From contig OZ024742.1 of assembly GCA_964016885.1 (NCBI GenBank), positions 42,532,001 through 42,596,000 on the forward strand: a DNA stretch of 64,000 nt. Reading direction: 5' to 3'. Below the pieces are notes generated by a model. That model was not told where the DNA came from, made no database searches, and saw nothing but the letters and a program-made list of their open reading frames with translations. Within the stretch, counting starts at the first letter, position 1. The number at the start of each line of letters is the position of its first letter. Shown one piece after another: positions 1-15,000 of this stretch. The translations under genes and the position numbers were made by a program. Origin of the DNA: Eledone cirrhosa (lineage: Eukaryota).

Positions 1-3000
1 ATTAGATAGATGTACAGTGGGTGGGTAGCTATTAGATAGATGTACAGTGGGTAGGTAGCTATTAGATAGATGTACAGAGGGTGGGTAGCTATTAGATAGA
101 TGTACAGTGGGTGGGTAGCTATTAGATAGATGTACAGTGGGTGGGTAGCTATTAGATAGATGTACGGTGGGTGGGTAGCTATTAGATTGAGGTACGGTGG
201 GTGGGTAGCTATTAGATAGATGTACAGTGGGTGGGTAGCTATTAGATAGATGTACGGTGGGTGGAGAGCTATTAAAAAAGATGTACAGTGGGTGGGTAGC
301 TATTAGATTGAGGTATAGTGGGTGGGTAGCTATTAGATAGATGTACAGTGGGTGGGTAGCTATTAGATAGATGTACAGTGGGTGGGTAGCTATTAGATTG
401 AGGTACTGTGGGTGGGTAGCTATTAGATAGATGTACAGTGGGTGGGTAGCTATTAGATAGATGTACAGTGGGTGGGTAGCTATTAGATAGGTGTACAGTG
501 GGTAGCTATTAGATAGATGTACTGTGGGTGGGTAGCTATTAGATAGAAGTACAGTGGGTGGGTAGCTATTAGTTAGATGTACAGTGGGTGGGTAGCTATT
601 AGATAGATGCACATTGGGTGGGTAGCTATTAGATAGATGTACAGTGGGTGGGTAGCTATTAGATAGATGTACGGTGGGTGGGTAGCTATTAGATAGATGT
701 ACAGTGGGTGGGTAGCTATTAGATTGAGGTACTGTGGGTGGGTAGCTATTAGATAGATGTACAGTCGGTGGGTAGCTATTAGATAGATGTACAGTGGGCG
801 GGTAGCTATTAGATAGATGTACAGTGGGTGGGTAGCTATTAGATAGATGTACAGTCGGTGGGTAGCTATTAGATAAATGTACAGAGGGTGGGTAGCTATT
901 AGATAGATGTACAGTGGGTGGGTAGCTATTAGATAGATGTACGGTGGGTGGGTAGCTATTAGATAGATGTACAGTGGGTGGGTAGCTATTAGATAGATGT
1001 ACAGTGGGTGGGTAGCTATTAGATTGAGGTACAGTGGGTGGGTAGCTATTAGATAGATGTACAGTGGGTGGGTAGCTATTAGACAGATGTACAGTGGGTG
1101 GGTAGCTATTAGATAGATGTACAGTGGGTGGGTAGCTATTAGATTGAGGTATAGTGGGTGGGTAGCTATTAGATTGAGGTACAGTGGGTGGGTAGCTATT
1201 AGATAGATGTACAGTGGGTGGGTAGCTATTAGATAGATGTAGTGGGTGGGTAGCTATTAGATAGATGTACGGTGGGTGGGTAGCAATTAGATTGAGGTAT
1301 TGTGGGTGGGTAGCTATTAGATTGAGGTACTGTGGGTGAGTAGCTATTAGATAGATGTACAGTGGGTGGGTAGCTATTAGATAGATGTACGGTGGGTGGG
1401 TAGCTATTAGATAGATGTACAGTGGGTGGGTAGCTATTAGATAGATGTACGGTGGATGGGTAGCTATTAGATTGAGGTACAGTGGGTGGGTAGCTATTAG
1501 ATTGAGGTACAGTGGGTGGGTAGCTATTAGATAGATGTACAGTGGGTGGGTTGCTATTAGATTGAGGTACAGTGGGTGGGTAGCTATTAGATTTAGGTAG
1601 TGGGTGGGTAGCTATTAGATAGATGTACAGTGGGTGGGTAGCTATTAGATAGATGTAAGGTGGGTGGGTAGCTATTAGATAGATGTACGGTGGGTGGATA
1701 GCTATTAGATTGATGTACAGTGTGTGGGTAGCTATTAGATTGAGGTACAGTTGTTGGGTAGCTATTAGATAGATGTACAGTGGGTGGGTAGCTATTAGAT
1801 AGATGTACAGTGGGTGGGTAGCTATTAGATTGAGGTACAGTGGGTGGGTAGCTATTAGATAGATGTACAGTGGGTGGGTAGCTATTAGATTGAGGTACAG
1901 TTGTTGGGTAGCTATTAGATAGATATACAGTGGGTGGGTAGCTATTAGATTGAGGTACAGTGGGTGGGTAGCTATTAGATAGATGTACAGTGGGTGGGTA
2001 GCTATTAGATTGAGGTACAGTTGTTGGGTAGCTATTAGATAGATGTACAGTGGGTGGGTAGCTATTAGATTGAGGTACAGTGGGTGGGTAGCTATTAGAT
2101 AGATGTACAGTGGGTGGGTAGCTATTAGATTGAGGTACTGTGGGTGAGTAGCTATTAGATAGATGTACAGTGGGTGGGTAGCTATTAGATAGATGTACAG
2201 TGGGTGGGTAGCTATTAGATAGATGTACGGTGGGTGGGTAGTTATTAGATAGATGTACGGTGGGTGGGTAGCTATTAGATAAATGTACGGTGGGTGGGTA
2301 GCTATTAGATAAATGTACGGTGGGTGGGTAGCTATTAGATAGATGTACAGTGGGTGGGTAGCTATTAGATAGATGTACAGTGGGTGGGTAGCTATTAGAT
2401 AGATGTACAGTGGGTGGGTAGCTATGAGATAGATGTGCAGTGGGTGGGTAGCTATTAGATAGATGTACGGTGGGTAGCTATTAGATAGATGTACGCATGG
2501 TGGGTAGCTATTAGATAGATGTACGCAGGGTGGGTAGCTATTAGATAAATGTAGTGGGTGGGTAGCTATTAGATAGATGTACAGTGGGTGGGTAGCTATT
2601 AGATAGATGTACAGTGGGTGGGTAACTATTAGATAGATGTACGGTGGGTGGGTAGCTATTAGATAGATGTACTGTGGGTGGGTAGCTATTAGATAGATGT
2701 ACAGTGGGTGGGTAGCTATTAGATAGATGTACAGTGGGTGGCTAGCTATTAGATAGATGTACGGTGGGTGGGTAGCTATTAGATAGATGTACGGTGGGTG
2801 GGTAGCTATTAGATAGATGTACAGTGGGTGGGTAGCTATTAGATAGATGTACGGTGGGTGGGTAGCTATTAGATAGATGTACAGTGGGTGGGTAGCTATT
2901 AGATAGATGTACAGTGGGTGGGTAGCTATTAGATAGATGTACAGTGGGTGGGTAGCTATTAGATAGATGTACAGTGGGTGGGTAGCTATTAGATAGATGT

Positions 3001-6000
3001 ACAGTGGGTGAGTAGCTATTAGATTGAGGTACTGTGGGTGGGTAGCTATTAGATAGATGTACAGTCGGTGGGTAGCTATTAGATAGATGTACAGTGGGCG
3101 GGTAGCTATTAGATAGATGTACAGTGGGTGGGTAGCTATTAGATAGATGTACAGTCGGTGGGTAGCTATTAGATAGATGTACAGTGGGTGGGTAGCTATT
3201 AGATAGATGTACAGTGGGTGGGTAGCTATTAGATTGAGGTACTGTGGGTGGGTAGCTATTAGATAGATGTACAGTGGGTGGGTAGCTATTAGATAGATGT
3301 ACAGTGGGTGGGTAGCTATTAGATAGGTGTACAGTGGGTAGCTATTAGATAGATGTACTGTGGGTGGGTAGCTATTAGATAGAAGTACAGTGGGTGGGTA
3401 GCTATTAGTTAGATGTACAGTGGGTGGGTAGCTATTAGATAGATGCACATTGGGTGGGTATCTATTAGATAGATGTACAGTGGGTGGGTAGCTATTAGAT
3501 AGATGTACGGTGGGTGGGTAGCTATTAGATAGATGTACAGTGGGTGGGTAGCTATTAGATAGATGTACAGTGGGTGGGTAGCTATTAGATAGATGTACAG
3601 TCGGTGGGTAGCTATTAGATAGATGTACAGTGGGTGGGTAGCTATTAGATAGATGTACAGTGGGTGGGTAGCTATTAGATAGATGTACAGTGGGTGGATA
3701 GCTATTAGATAGATGTACAGTGGGTGGGTAGCTATTAGATAGATGTACAGTGGGTGGGTAGCTATTAGATAGATGTACAGTCGGTGGGTAGCTATTAGAT
3801 AGATGTACAGTGGGTGGGTAGCTATTAGATTGAGGTACAGTGGGTGGGTAGCTATTAGATAGATGTACAGTGGGTGGGTAGCTATTAGATTGAGGTACTG
3901 TGGGTGAGTAGCTATTAGATAGATGTACAGTGGGTGGGTAGCTATTAGATAGATGTACAGTGGGTGGGTAGCTATTAGATAGATGTACGGTGGGTGGGTA
4001 GTTATTAGATAGATGTACGGTGGGTGGGTAGCTATTAGATAAATGTACGGTGGGTGGGTAGCTATTAGATAAATGTACGGTGGGTGGGTAGCTATTAGAT
4101 AGATGTACAGTGGGTGGGTAGCTATTAGATAGATGTACAGTGGGTGGGTAGCTATTAGATAGATGTACAGTGGGTGGGTAGCTATGAGATAGATGTACAG
4201 TGGGTGGGTAGCTATTAGATAGATGTACGGTGGGTAGCTATTAGATAGATGTACGCATGGTGGGTAGCTATTAGATAGATGTACGCAGGGTGGGTAGCTA
4301 TTAGATAAATGTAGTGGGTGGGTAGCTATTAGATAGATGTACAGTGGGTGGGTAGCTATTAGATAGATGTACAGTGGGTGGGTAACTATTAGATAGATGT
4401 ACGGTGGGTGGGTAGCTATTAGATAGATGTACTGTGGGTGGGTAGCTATTAGATAGATGTACAGTGGGTGGGTAGCTATTAGATAGATGTACAGTGGGTG
4501 GCTAGCTATTAGATAGATGTACGGTGGGTGGGTAGCTATTAGATAGATGTACGGTGGGTGGGTAGCTATTAGATAGATGTACAGTGGGTGGGTAGCTATT
4601 AGATAGATGTACGGTGGGTGGGTAGCTATTAGATAGATGTACAGTGGGTGGGTAGCTATTAGATAGATGTACAGTGGGTGGGTAGCTATTAGATAGATGT
4701 ACAGTGGGTGGGTAGCTATTAGATAGATGTACAGTGGGTGGGTAGCTATTAGATAGATGTACAGTGGGTGAGTAGCTATTAGATTGAGGTACTGTGGGTG
4801 GGTAGCTATTAGATAGATGTACAGTCGGTGGGTAGCTATTAGATAGATGTACAGTGGGCGGGTAGCTATTAGATAGATGTACAGTGGGTGGGTAGCTATT
4901 AGATAGATGTACAGTCGGTGGGTAGCTATTAGATAAATGTACAGAGGGTGGGTAGCTATTAGATAGATGTACAGTGGGTGGGTAGCTATTAGATAGATGT
5001 ACGGTGGGTGGGTAGCTATTAGATAGATGTACAGTGGGTGGGTAGCTATTAGATAGATGTACAGTGGGTGGGTAGCTATTAGATTGAGGTACAGTGGGTG
5101 GGTAGCTATTAGATAGATGTACAGTGGGTGGGTAGCTATTAGATAGATGTAGTGGGTGGGTAGCTATTAGATAGATGTACGGTGGGTGGGTAGCAATTAG
5201 ATTGAGGTATTGTGGGTGGGTAGCTATTAGATTGAGGTACTGTGGGTGAGTAGCTATTAGATAGATGTACAGTGGGTGGGTAGCTATTAGATAGATGTAC
5301 GGTGGGTGGGTAGCTATTAGATAGATGTACAGTGGGTGGGTAGCTATTAGATAGATGTACATGGATGGGTAGCTATTAGATTGAGGTACAGTGGGTGGGT
5401 AGCTATTAGATTGAGGTACAGTGGGTGGGTAGCTATTAGATAGATGTACAGTGGGTGGGTTGCTATTAGATTGAGGTACAGTGGGTGGGTAGCTATTAGA
5501 TTTAGGTACAGTGGGTGGGTAGCTATTAGATAGATGTACAGTGGGTGGGTAGCTATTAGATAGATGTAAGGTGGGTGGGTAGCTATTAGATAGATGTACG
5601 GTGGGTGGATAGCTATTAGATTGATGTACAGTGGGTGGGTAGCTATTAGATTGAGGTACAGTTGTTGGGTAGCTATTAGATAGATGTACAGTGGGTGGGT
5701 AGCTATTAGATAGATGTACAGTGGGTGGGTAGCTATTAGATTGAGGTACAGTGGGTGGGTAGCTATTAGATTGAGGTACAGTTGTTGGGTAGCTATTAGA
5801 TAGATGTACAGTGGGTGGGTAGCTATTAGATAGATGTACAGTGGGTGGGTAGCTATTAGATTGAGGTACAGTTGTTGGGTAGCTATTAGATAGATGTACA
5901 GTGGGTGGGTAGCTATTAGATTGAGGTACAGTGGGTGGGTAGCTATTAGATAGATGTACAGTGGGTGGGTAGCTATTAGATAGATGTACAGTGGGTAGGT

Positions 6001-9000
6001 AGCTATTAGATAGATGTACAGAGGGTGGGTAGCTATTAGATAGATGTACAGTGGGTGGGTAGCTATTAGATAGATGTACAGTGGGTGGGTAGCTATTAGA
6101 TAGATGTACGGTGGGTGGGTAGCTATTAGATTGAGGTACGGTGGGTGGGTAGCTATTAGATAGATGTACAGTGGGTGGGTAGCTATTAGATAGATGTACG
6201 GTGGGTGGAGAGCTATTAAAAAAGATGTACAGTGGGTGGGTAGCTATTAGATTGAGGTATAGTGGGTGGGTAGCTATTAGATAGATGTACAGTGGGTGGG
6301 TAGCTATTAGATAGATGTACAGTGGGTGGGTAGCTATTAGATTGAGGTACTGTGGGTGGGTAGCTATTAGATAGATGTACAGTGGGTGGGTAGCTATTAG
6401 ATAGATGTACAGTGGGTGGGTAGCTATTAGATAGGTGTACAGTGGGTAGCTATTAGATAGATGTACTGTGGGTGGGTAGCTATTAGATAGAAGTACAGTG
6501 GGTGGGTAGCTATTAGTTAGATGTACAGTGGGTGGGTAGCTATTAGATAGATGCACATTGGGTGGGTAGCTATTAGATAGATGTACAGTGGGTGGGTAGC
6601 TATTAGATAGATGTACGGTGGGTGGGTAGCTATTAGATAGATGTACAGTGGGTGGGTAGCTATTAGATAGATGTACAGTGGGTGGGTAGCTATTAGATAG
6701 ATGTACAGTCGGTGGGTAGCTATTAGATAGATGTACAGTGGGTGGGTAGCTATTAGATAGATGTACAGTGGGTGGGTAGCTATTAGATAGATGTACAGTG
6801 GGTGGATAGCTATTAGATAGATGTACAGTGGGTGGGTAGCTATTAGATAGATGTACAGTGGGTGGGTAGCTATTAGATAGATGTACAGTCGGTGGGTAGC
6901 TATTAGATAGATGTACAGTGGGTGGGTAGCTATTAGATAGATGTACAGTGGGTGGATAGCTATTAGATAGATGTACAGTGGGTGGGTAGCTATTAGATAG
7001 ATGTACAGTGGGTGGATAGCTATTAGATAGATGTACAGTGGGTGGGTAGCTATTAGATAGATGTACAGTGGGTGGGTAGCTATTAGATAGATGTACAGTG
7101 GGTGGGTAGCTATTAGATAGATGTACAGTGGGTGGGTAGCTATTAGATAGATGTACAGTGGGTGGATAGCTATTAGATAGATGTACAGTGGGTGGGTAGC
7201 TATTAGATAGATGTACAGTGGGTGGGTAGCTATTAGATTGAGGTACAGTGGGTGGGTAGCTATTAGATAGATGTACAGTGGGTGGGTAGCTATTAGATTG
7301 AGGTACAGTGGGTGGGTAGCTATTAGATAGATGTACAGTGGGTGGGTAGCTATTAGATAGATGTAGTGGGTGGGTAGCTATTAGATAGATGTACGGTGGG
7401 TGGGTAGCAATTAGATTGCGGTATTGTGGGTGGGTAGCTATTAGATTGAGGTACTGTGGGTGAGTAGCTATTAGATAGATGTACAGTGGGTGGGTAGCTA
7501 TTAGATAGATGTACGGTGGGTGGGTAGCTATTAGATAGATGTACAGTGGGTGGGTAGCTATTAGATAGATGTACATGGATGGGTAGCTATTAGATTGAGG
7601 TACAGTGGGTGGGTAGCTATTAGATTGAGGTACAGTGGGTGGGTAGCTATTAGATAGATGTACAGTGGGTGGGTTGCTATTAGATTGAGGTACAGTGGGT
7701 GGGTAGCTATTAGATTTAGGTACAGTGGGTGGGTAGCTATTAGATAGATGTACAGTGGGTGGGTAGCTATTAGATAGATGTAAGGTGGGTGGGTAGCTAT
7801 TAGATAGATGTACGGTGGGTTGATAGCTATTAGATTGATGTACAGTGGGTGGGTAGCTATTAGATTGAGGTACAGTTGTTGGGTAGCTATTAGATAGATG
7901 TACAGTGGGTGGGTAGCTATTAGATAGATGTACAGTGGGTGGGTAGCTATTAGATTGAGGTACAGTGGGTGGGTAGCTATTAGATTGAGGTACAGTTGTT
8001 GGGTAGCTATTAGATAGATGTACAGTGGGTGGGTAGCTATTAGATAGATGTACAGTGGGTGGGTAGCTATTAGATTGAGGTACAGTGGGTGGGTAGCTAT
8101 TAGATAGATGTACAGTGGGTGGGTAGCTATTAGATTGAGGTACAGTTGTTGGGTAGCTATTAGATAGATGTACAGTGGGTGGGTAGCTATTAGATTGAGG
8201 TACAGTGGGTGGGTAGCTATTAGATAGATGTACAGTGGGTGGGTAGCTATTAGATAGATGTACAGTGGGTAGGTAGCTATTAGATAGATGTACAGAGGGT
8301 GGGTAGCTATTAGATAGATGTACAGTGGGTGGGTAGCTATTAGATAGATGTACAGTGGGTGGGTAGCTATTAGATAGATGTACGGTGGGTGGGTAGCTAT
8401 TAGATTGAGGTACGGTGGGTGGGTAGCTATTAGATAGATGTACAGTGGGTGGGTAGCTATTAGATAGATGTACGGTGGGTGGAGAGCTATTAAAAAAGAT
8501 GTACAGTGGGTGGGTAGCTATTAGATTGAGGTATAGTGGGTGGGTAGCTATTAGATAGATGTACAGTGGGTGGGTAGCTATTAGATAGATGTACAGTGGG
8601 TGGGTAGCTATTAGATTGAGGTACTGTGGGTGGGTAGCTATTAGATAGATGTACAGTGGGTGGGTAGCTATTAGATAGATGTACAGTGGGTGGGTAGCTA
8701 TTAGATAGGTGTACAGTGGGTAGCTATTAGATAGATGTACTGTGGGTGGGTAGCTATTAGATAGAAGTACAGTGGGTGGGTAGCTATTAGTTAGATGTAC
8801 AGTGGGTGGGTAGCTATTAGATAGATGCACATTGGGTGGGTAGCTATTAGATAGATGTACAGTGGGTGGGTAGCTATTAGATAGATGTACGGTGGGTGGG
8901 TAGCTATTAGATAGATGTACAGTGGGTGGGTAGCTATTAGATTGAGGTACTGTGGGTGGGTAGCTATTAGATAGATGTACAGTCGGTGGGTAGCTATTAG

Positions 9001-12000
9001 ATAGATGTACAGTGGGTGGGTAGCTATTAGATAGATGTACGGTGGGTGGGTAGCTATTAGATAGATGTACAGTGGGTGGGTAGCTATTAGATTGAGGTAC
9101 AGTGGGTGGGTAGCTATTAGATAGATGTACAGTGGGTGGGTAGCTATTAGATAGATGTACAGTGGGTGGGTAGCTATTAGATAGATGTACAGTGGGTGGG
9201 TAGCTATTAGATTGAGGTACAGTGGGTGGGTAGCTATTAGATTGAGGTACAGTGGGTGGGTAGCTATTAGATAGATGTACAGTGGGTGGGTAGCTATTAG
9301 ATAGATGTAGTGGGTGGGTAGCTATTAGATAGATGTACGGTGGGTGGGTAGCAATTAGATTGAGGTATTGTGGGTGGGTAGCTATTAGATTGAGGTACTG
9401 TGGGTGAGTAGCTATTAGATAGATGTACAGTGGGTGGGTAGCTATTAGATAGATGTACGGTGGGTGGGTAGCTATTAGATAGATGTACAGTGGGTGGGTA
9501 GCTATTAGATAGATGTACGGTGGATGGGTAGCTATTAGATTGAGGTACAGTGGGTGGGTAGCTATTAGATTGAGGTACAGTGGGTGGGTAGCTATTAGAT
9601 AGATGTACAGTGGGTGGGTTGCTATTAGATTGAGGTACAGTGGGTGGGTAGCTATTAGATTTAGGTACAGTGGGTGGGTAGCTATTAGATAGATGTACAG
9701 TGGGTGGGTAGCTATTAGATAGATGTAAGGTGGGTGGGTAGCTATTAGATAGATGTACGGTGGGTGGATAGCTATTAGATTGATGTACAGTGTGTGGGTA
9801 GCTATTAGATTGAGGTACAGTTGTTGGGTAGCTATTAGATAGATGTACAGTGGGTGGGTAGCTATTAGATAGATGTACAGTGGGTGGGTAGCTATTAGAT
9901 TGAGGTACAGTGGGTGGGTAGCTATTAGATAGATGTACAGTGGGTGGGTAGCTATTAGATTGAGGTACAGTTGTTGGGTAGCTATTAGATAGATATACAG
10001 TGGGTGGGTAGCTATTAGATTGAGGTACAGTGGGTGGGTAGCTATTAGATAGATGTACAGTGGGTGGGTAGCTATTAGATTGAGGTACAGTTGTTGGGTA
10101 GCTATTAGATAGATGTACAGTGGGTGGGTAGCTATTAGATTGAGGTACAGTGGGTGGGTAGCTATTAGATAGATGTACAGTGGGTGGGTAGCTATTAGAT
10201 TGAGGTACTGTGGGTGAGTAGCTATTAGATAGATGTACAGTGGGTGGGTAGCTATTAGATAGATGTACAGTGGGTGGGTAGCTATTAGATAGATGTACGG
10301 TGGGTGGGTAGTTATTAGATAGATGTACGGTGGGTGGGTAGCTATTAGATAAATGTACGGTGGGTGGGTAGCTATTAGATAAATGTACGGTGGGTGGGTA
10401 GCTATTAGATAGATGTACAGTGGGTGGGTAGCTATTAGATAGATGTACAGTGGGTGGGTAGCTATTAGATAGATGTACAGTGGGTGGGTAGCTATGAGAT
10501 AGATGTACAGTGGGTGGGTAGCTATTAGATAGATGTACGGTGGGTAGCTATTAGATAGATGTACGCATGGTGGGTAGCTATTAGATAGATGTACGCAGGG
10601 TGGGTAGCTATTAGATAAATGTAGTGGGTGGGTAGCTATTAGATAGATGTACAGTGGGTGGGTAGCTATTAGATAGATGTACAGTGGGTGGGTAACTATT
10701 AGATAGATGTACGGTGGGTGGGTAGCTATTAGATAGATGTACTGTGGGTGGGTAGCTATTAGATAGATGTACAGTGGGTGGGTAGCTATTAGATAGATGT
10801 ACAGTGGGTGGCTAGCTATTAGATAGATGTACGGTGGGTGGGTAGCTATTAGATAGATGTACGGTGGGTGGGTAGCTATTAGATAGATGTACAGTGGGTG
10901 GGTAGCTATTAGATAGATGTACGGTGGGTGGGTAGCTATTAGATAGATGTACAGTGGGTGGGTAGCTATTAGATAGATGTACAGTGGGTGGGTAGCTATT
11001 AGATAGATGTACAGTGGGTGGGTAGCTATTAGATAGATGTACAGTGGGTGGGTAGCTATTAGATAGATGTACAGTGGGTGAGTAGCTATTAGATTGAGGT
11101 ACTGTGGGTGGGTAGCTATTAGATAGATGTACAGTCGGTGGGTAGCTATTAGATAGATGTACAGTGGGCGGGTAGCTATTAGATAGATGTACAGTGGGTG
11201 GGTAGCTATTAGATAGATGTACAGTCGGTGGGTAGCTATTAGATAGATGTACAGTGGGTGGGTAGCTATTAGATAGATGTACAGTGGGTGGGTAGCTATT
11301 AGATTGAGGTACTGTGGGTGGGTAGCTATTAGATAGATGTACAGTGGGTGGGTAGCTATTAGATAGATGTACAGTGGGTGGGTAGCTATTAGATAGGTGT
11401 ACAGTGGGTAGCTATTAGATAGATGTACTGTGGGTGGGTAGCTATTAGATAGAAGTACAGTGGGTGGGTAGCTATTAGTTAGATGTACAGTGGGTGGGTA
11501 GCTATTAGATAGATGCACATTGGGTGGGTATCTATTAGATAGATGTACAGTGGGTGGGTAGCTATTAGATAGATGTACGGTGGGTGGGTAGCTATTAGAT
11601 AGATGTACAGTGGGTGGGTAGCTATTAGATAGATGTACAGTGGGTGGGTAGCTATTAGATAGATGTACAGTCGGTGGGTAGCTATTAGATAGATGTACAG
11701 TGGGTGGGTAGCTATTAGATAGATGTACAGTGGGTGGGTAGCTATTAGATAGATGTACAGTGGGTGGATAGCTATTAGATAGATGTACAGTGGGTGGGTA
11801 GCTATTAGATAGATGTACAGTGGGTGGGTAGCTATTAGATAGATGTACAGTCGGTGGGTAGCTATTAGATAGATGTACAGTGGGTGGGTAGCTATTAGAT
11901 TGAGGTACTGTGGGTGGGTAGCTATTAGATAGATGTACAGTGGGTGGGTAGCTATTAGATTGAGGTACTGTGGGTGAGTAGCTATTAGATAGATGTACAG

Positions 12001-15000
12001 TGGGTGGGTAGCTATTAGATAGATGTACAGTGGGTGGGTAGCTATTAGATAGATGTACGGTGGGTGGGTAGTTATTAGATAGATGTACGGTGGGTGGGTA
12101 GCTATTAGATAAATGTACGGTGGGTGGGTAGCTATTAGATAAATGTACGGTGGGTGGGTAGCTATTAGATAGATGTACAGTGGGTGGGTAGCTATTAGAT
12201 AGATGTACAGTGGGTGGGTAGCTATTAGATAGATGTACAGTGGGTGGGTAGCTATGAGATAGATGTACAGTGGGTGGGTAGCTATTAGATAGATGTACGG
12301 TGGGTAGCTATTAGATAGATGTACGCATGGTGGGTAGCTATTAGATAGATGTACGCAGGGTGGGTAGCTATTAGATAAATGTAGTGGGTGGGTAGCTATT
12401 AGATAGATGTACAGTGGGTGGGTAGCTATTAGATAGATGTACAGTGGGTGGGTAACTATTAGATAGATGTACGGTGGGTGGGTAGCTATTAGATAGATGT
12501 ACTGTGGGTGGGTAGCTATTAGATAGATGTACAGTGGGTGGGTAGCTATTAGATAGATGTACAGTGGGTGGCTAGCTATTAGATAGATGTACGGTGGGTG
12601 GGTAGCTATTAGATAGATGTACGGTGGGTGGGTAGCTATTAGATAGATGTACAGTGGGTGGGTAGCTATTAGATAGATGTACGGTGGGTGGGTAGCTATT
12701 AGATAGATGTACAGTGGGTGGGTAGCTATTAGATAGATGTACAGTGGGTGGGTAGCTATTAGATAGATGTACAGTGGGTGGGTAGCTATTAGATAGATGT
12801 ACAGTGGGTGGGTAGCTATTAGATAGATGTACAGTGGGTGAGTAGCTATTAGATTGAGGTACTGTGGGTGGGTAGCTATTAGATAGATGTACAGTCGGTG
12901 GGTAGCTATTAGATAGATGTACAGTGGGCGGGTAGCTATTAGATAGATGTACAGTGGGTGGGTAGCTATTAGATAGATGTACAGTCGGTGGGTAGCTATT
13001 AGATAAATGTACAGAGGGTGGGTAGCTATTAGATAGATGTACAGTGGGTGGGTAGCTATTAGATAGATGTACGGTGGGTGGGTAGCTATTAGATAGATGT
13101 ACAGTGGGTGGGTAGCTATTAGATAGATGTACAGTGGGTGGGTAGCTATTAGATCGAGGTACAGTGGGTGGGTAGCTATTAGATAGATGTACAGTGGGTG
13201 GGTAGCTATTAGATAGATGTAGTGGGTGGGTAGCTATTAGATAGATGTACGGTGGGTGGGTAGCAATTAGATTGAGGTATTGTGGGTGGGTAGCTATTAG
13301 ATTGAGGTACTGTGGGTGAGTAGCTATTAGATAGATGTACAGTGGGTGGGTAGCTATTAGATAGATGTACGGTGGGTGGGTAGCTATTAGATAGATGTAC
13401 AGTGGGTGGGTAGCTATTAGATAGATGTACATGGATGGGTAGCTATTAGATTGAGGTACAGTGGGTGGGTAGCTATTAGATTGAGGTACAGTGGGTGGGT
13501 AGCTATTAGATAGATGTACAGTGGGTGGGTTGCTATTAGATTGAGGTACAGTGGGTGGGTAGCTATTAGATTTAGGTACAGTGGGTGGGTAGCTATTAGA
13601 TAGATGTACAGTGGGTGGGTAGCTATTAGATAGATGTAAGGTGGGTGGGTAGCTATTAGATAGATGTACGGTGGGTGGATAGCTATTAGATTGATGTACA
13701 GTGGGTGGGTAGCTATTAGATTGAGGTACAGTTGTTGGGTAGCTATTAGATAGATGTACAGTGGGTGGGTAGCTATTAGATAGATGTACAGTGGGTGGGT
13801 AGCTATTAGATTGAGGTACAGTGGGTGGGTAGCTATTAGATTGAGGTACAGTTGTTGGGTAGCTATTAGATAGATGTACAGTGGGTGGGTAGCTATTAGA
13901 TAGATGTACAGTGGGTGGGTAGCTATTAGATTGAGGTACAGTGGGTGGGTAGCTATTAGATTGAGGTACAGTTGTTGGGTAGCTATTAGATAGATGTACA
14001 GTGGGTGGGTAGCTATTAGATTGAGGTACAGTGGGTGGGTAGCTATTAGATAGATGTACAGTGGGTGGGTAGCTATTAGATAGATGTACAGTGGGTAGGT
14101 AGCTATTAGATAGATGTACAGAGGGTGGGTAGCTATTAGATAGATGTACAGTGGGTGGGTAGCTATTAGATAGATGTACAGTGGGTGGGTAGCTATTAGA
14201 TAGATGTACGGTGGGTGGGTAGCTATTAGATTGAGGTACGGTGGGTGGGTAGCTATTAGATAGATGTACAGTGGGTGGGTAGCTATTAGATAGATGTACG
14301 GTGGGTGGAGAGCTATTAAAAAAGATGTACAGTGGGTGGGTAGCTATTAGATTGAGGTATAGTGGGTGGGTAGCTATTAGATAGATGTACAGTGGGTGGG
14401 TAGCTATTAGATAGATGTACAGTGGGTGGGTAGCTATTAGATTGAGGTACTGTGGGTGGGTAGCTATTAGATAGATGTACAGTGGGTGGGTAGCTATTAG
14501 ATAGATGTACAGTGGGTGGGTAGCTATTAGATAGGTGTACAGTGGGTAGCTATTAGATAGATGTACTGTGGGTGGGTAGCTATTAGATAGAAGTACAGTG
14601 GGTGGGTAGCTATTAGTTAGATGTACAGTGGGTGGGTAGCTATTAGATAGATGCACATTGGGTGGGTAGCTATTAGATAGATGTACAGTGGGTGGGTAGC
14701 TATTAGATAGATGTACGGTGGGTGGGTAGCTATTAGATAGATGTACAGTGGGTGGGTAGCTATTAGATAGATGTACAGTGGGTGGGTAGCTATTAGATAG
14801 ATGTACAGTCGGTGGGTAGCTATTAGATAGATGTACAGTGGGTGGGTAGCTATTAGATAGATGTACAGTGGGTGGGTAGCTATTAGATAGATGTACAGTG
14901 GGTGGATAGCTATTAGATAGATGTACAGTGGGTGGGTAGCTATTAGATAGATGTACAGTGGGTGGGTAGCTATTAGATAGATGTACAGTCGGTGGGTAGC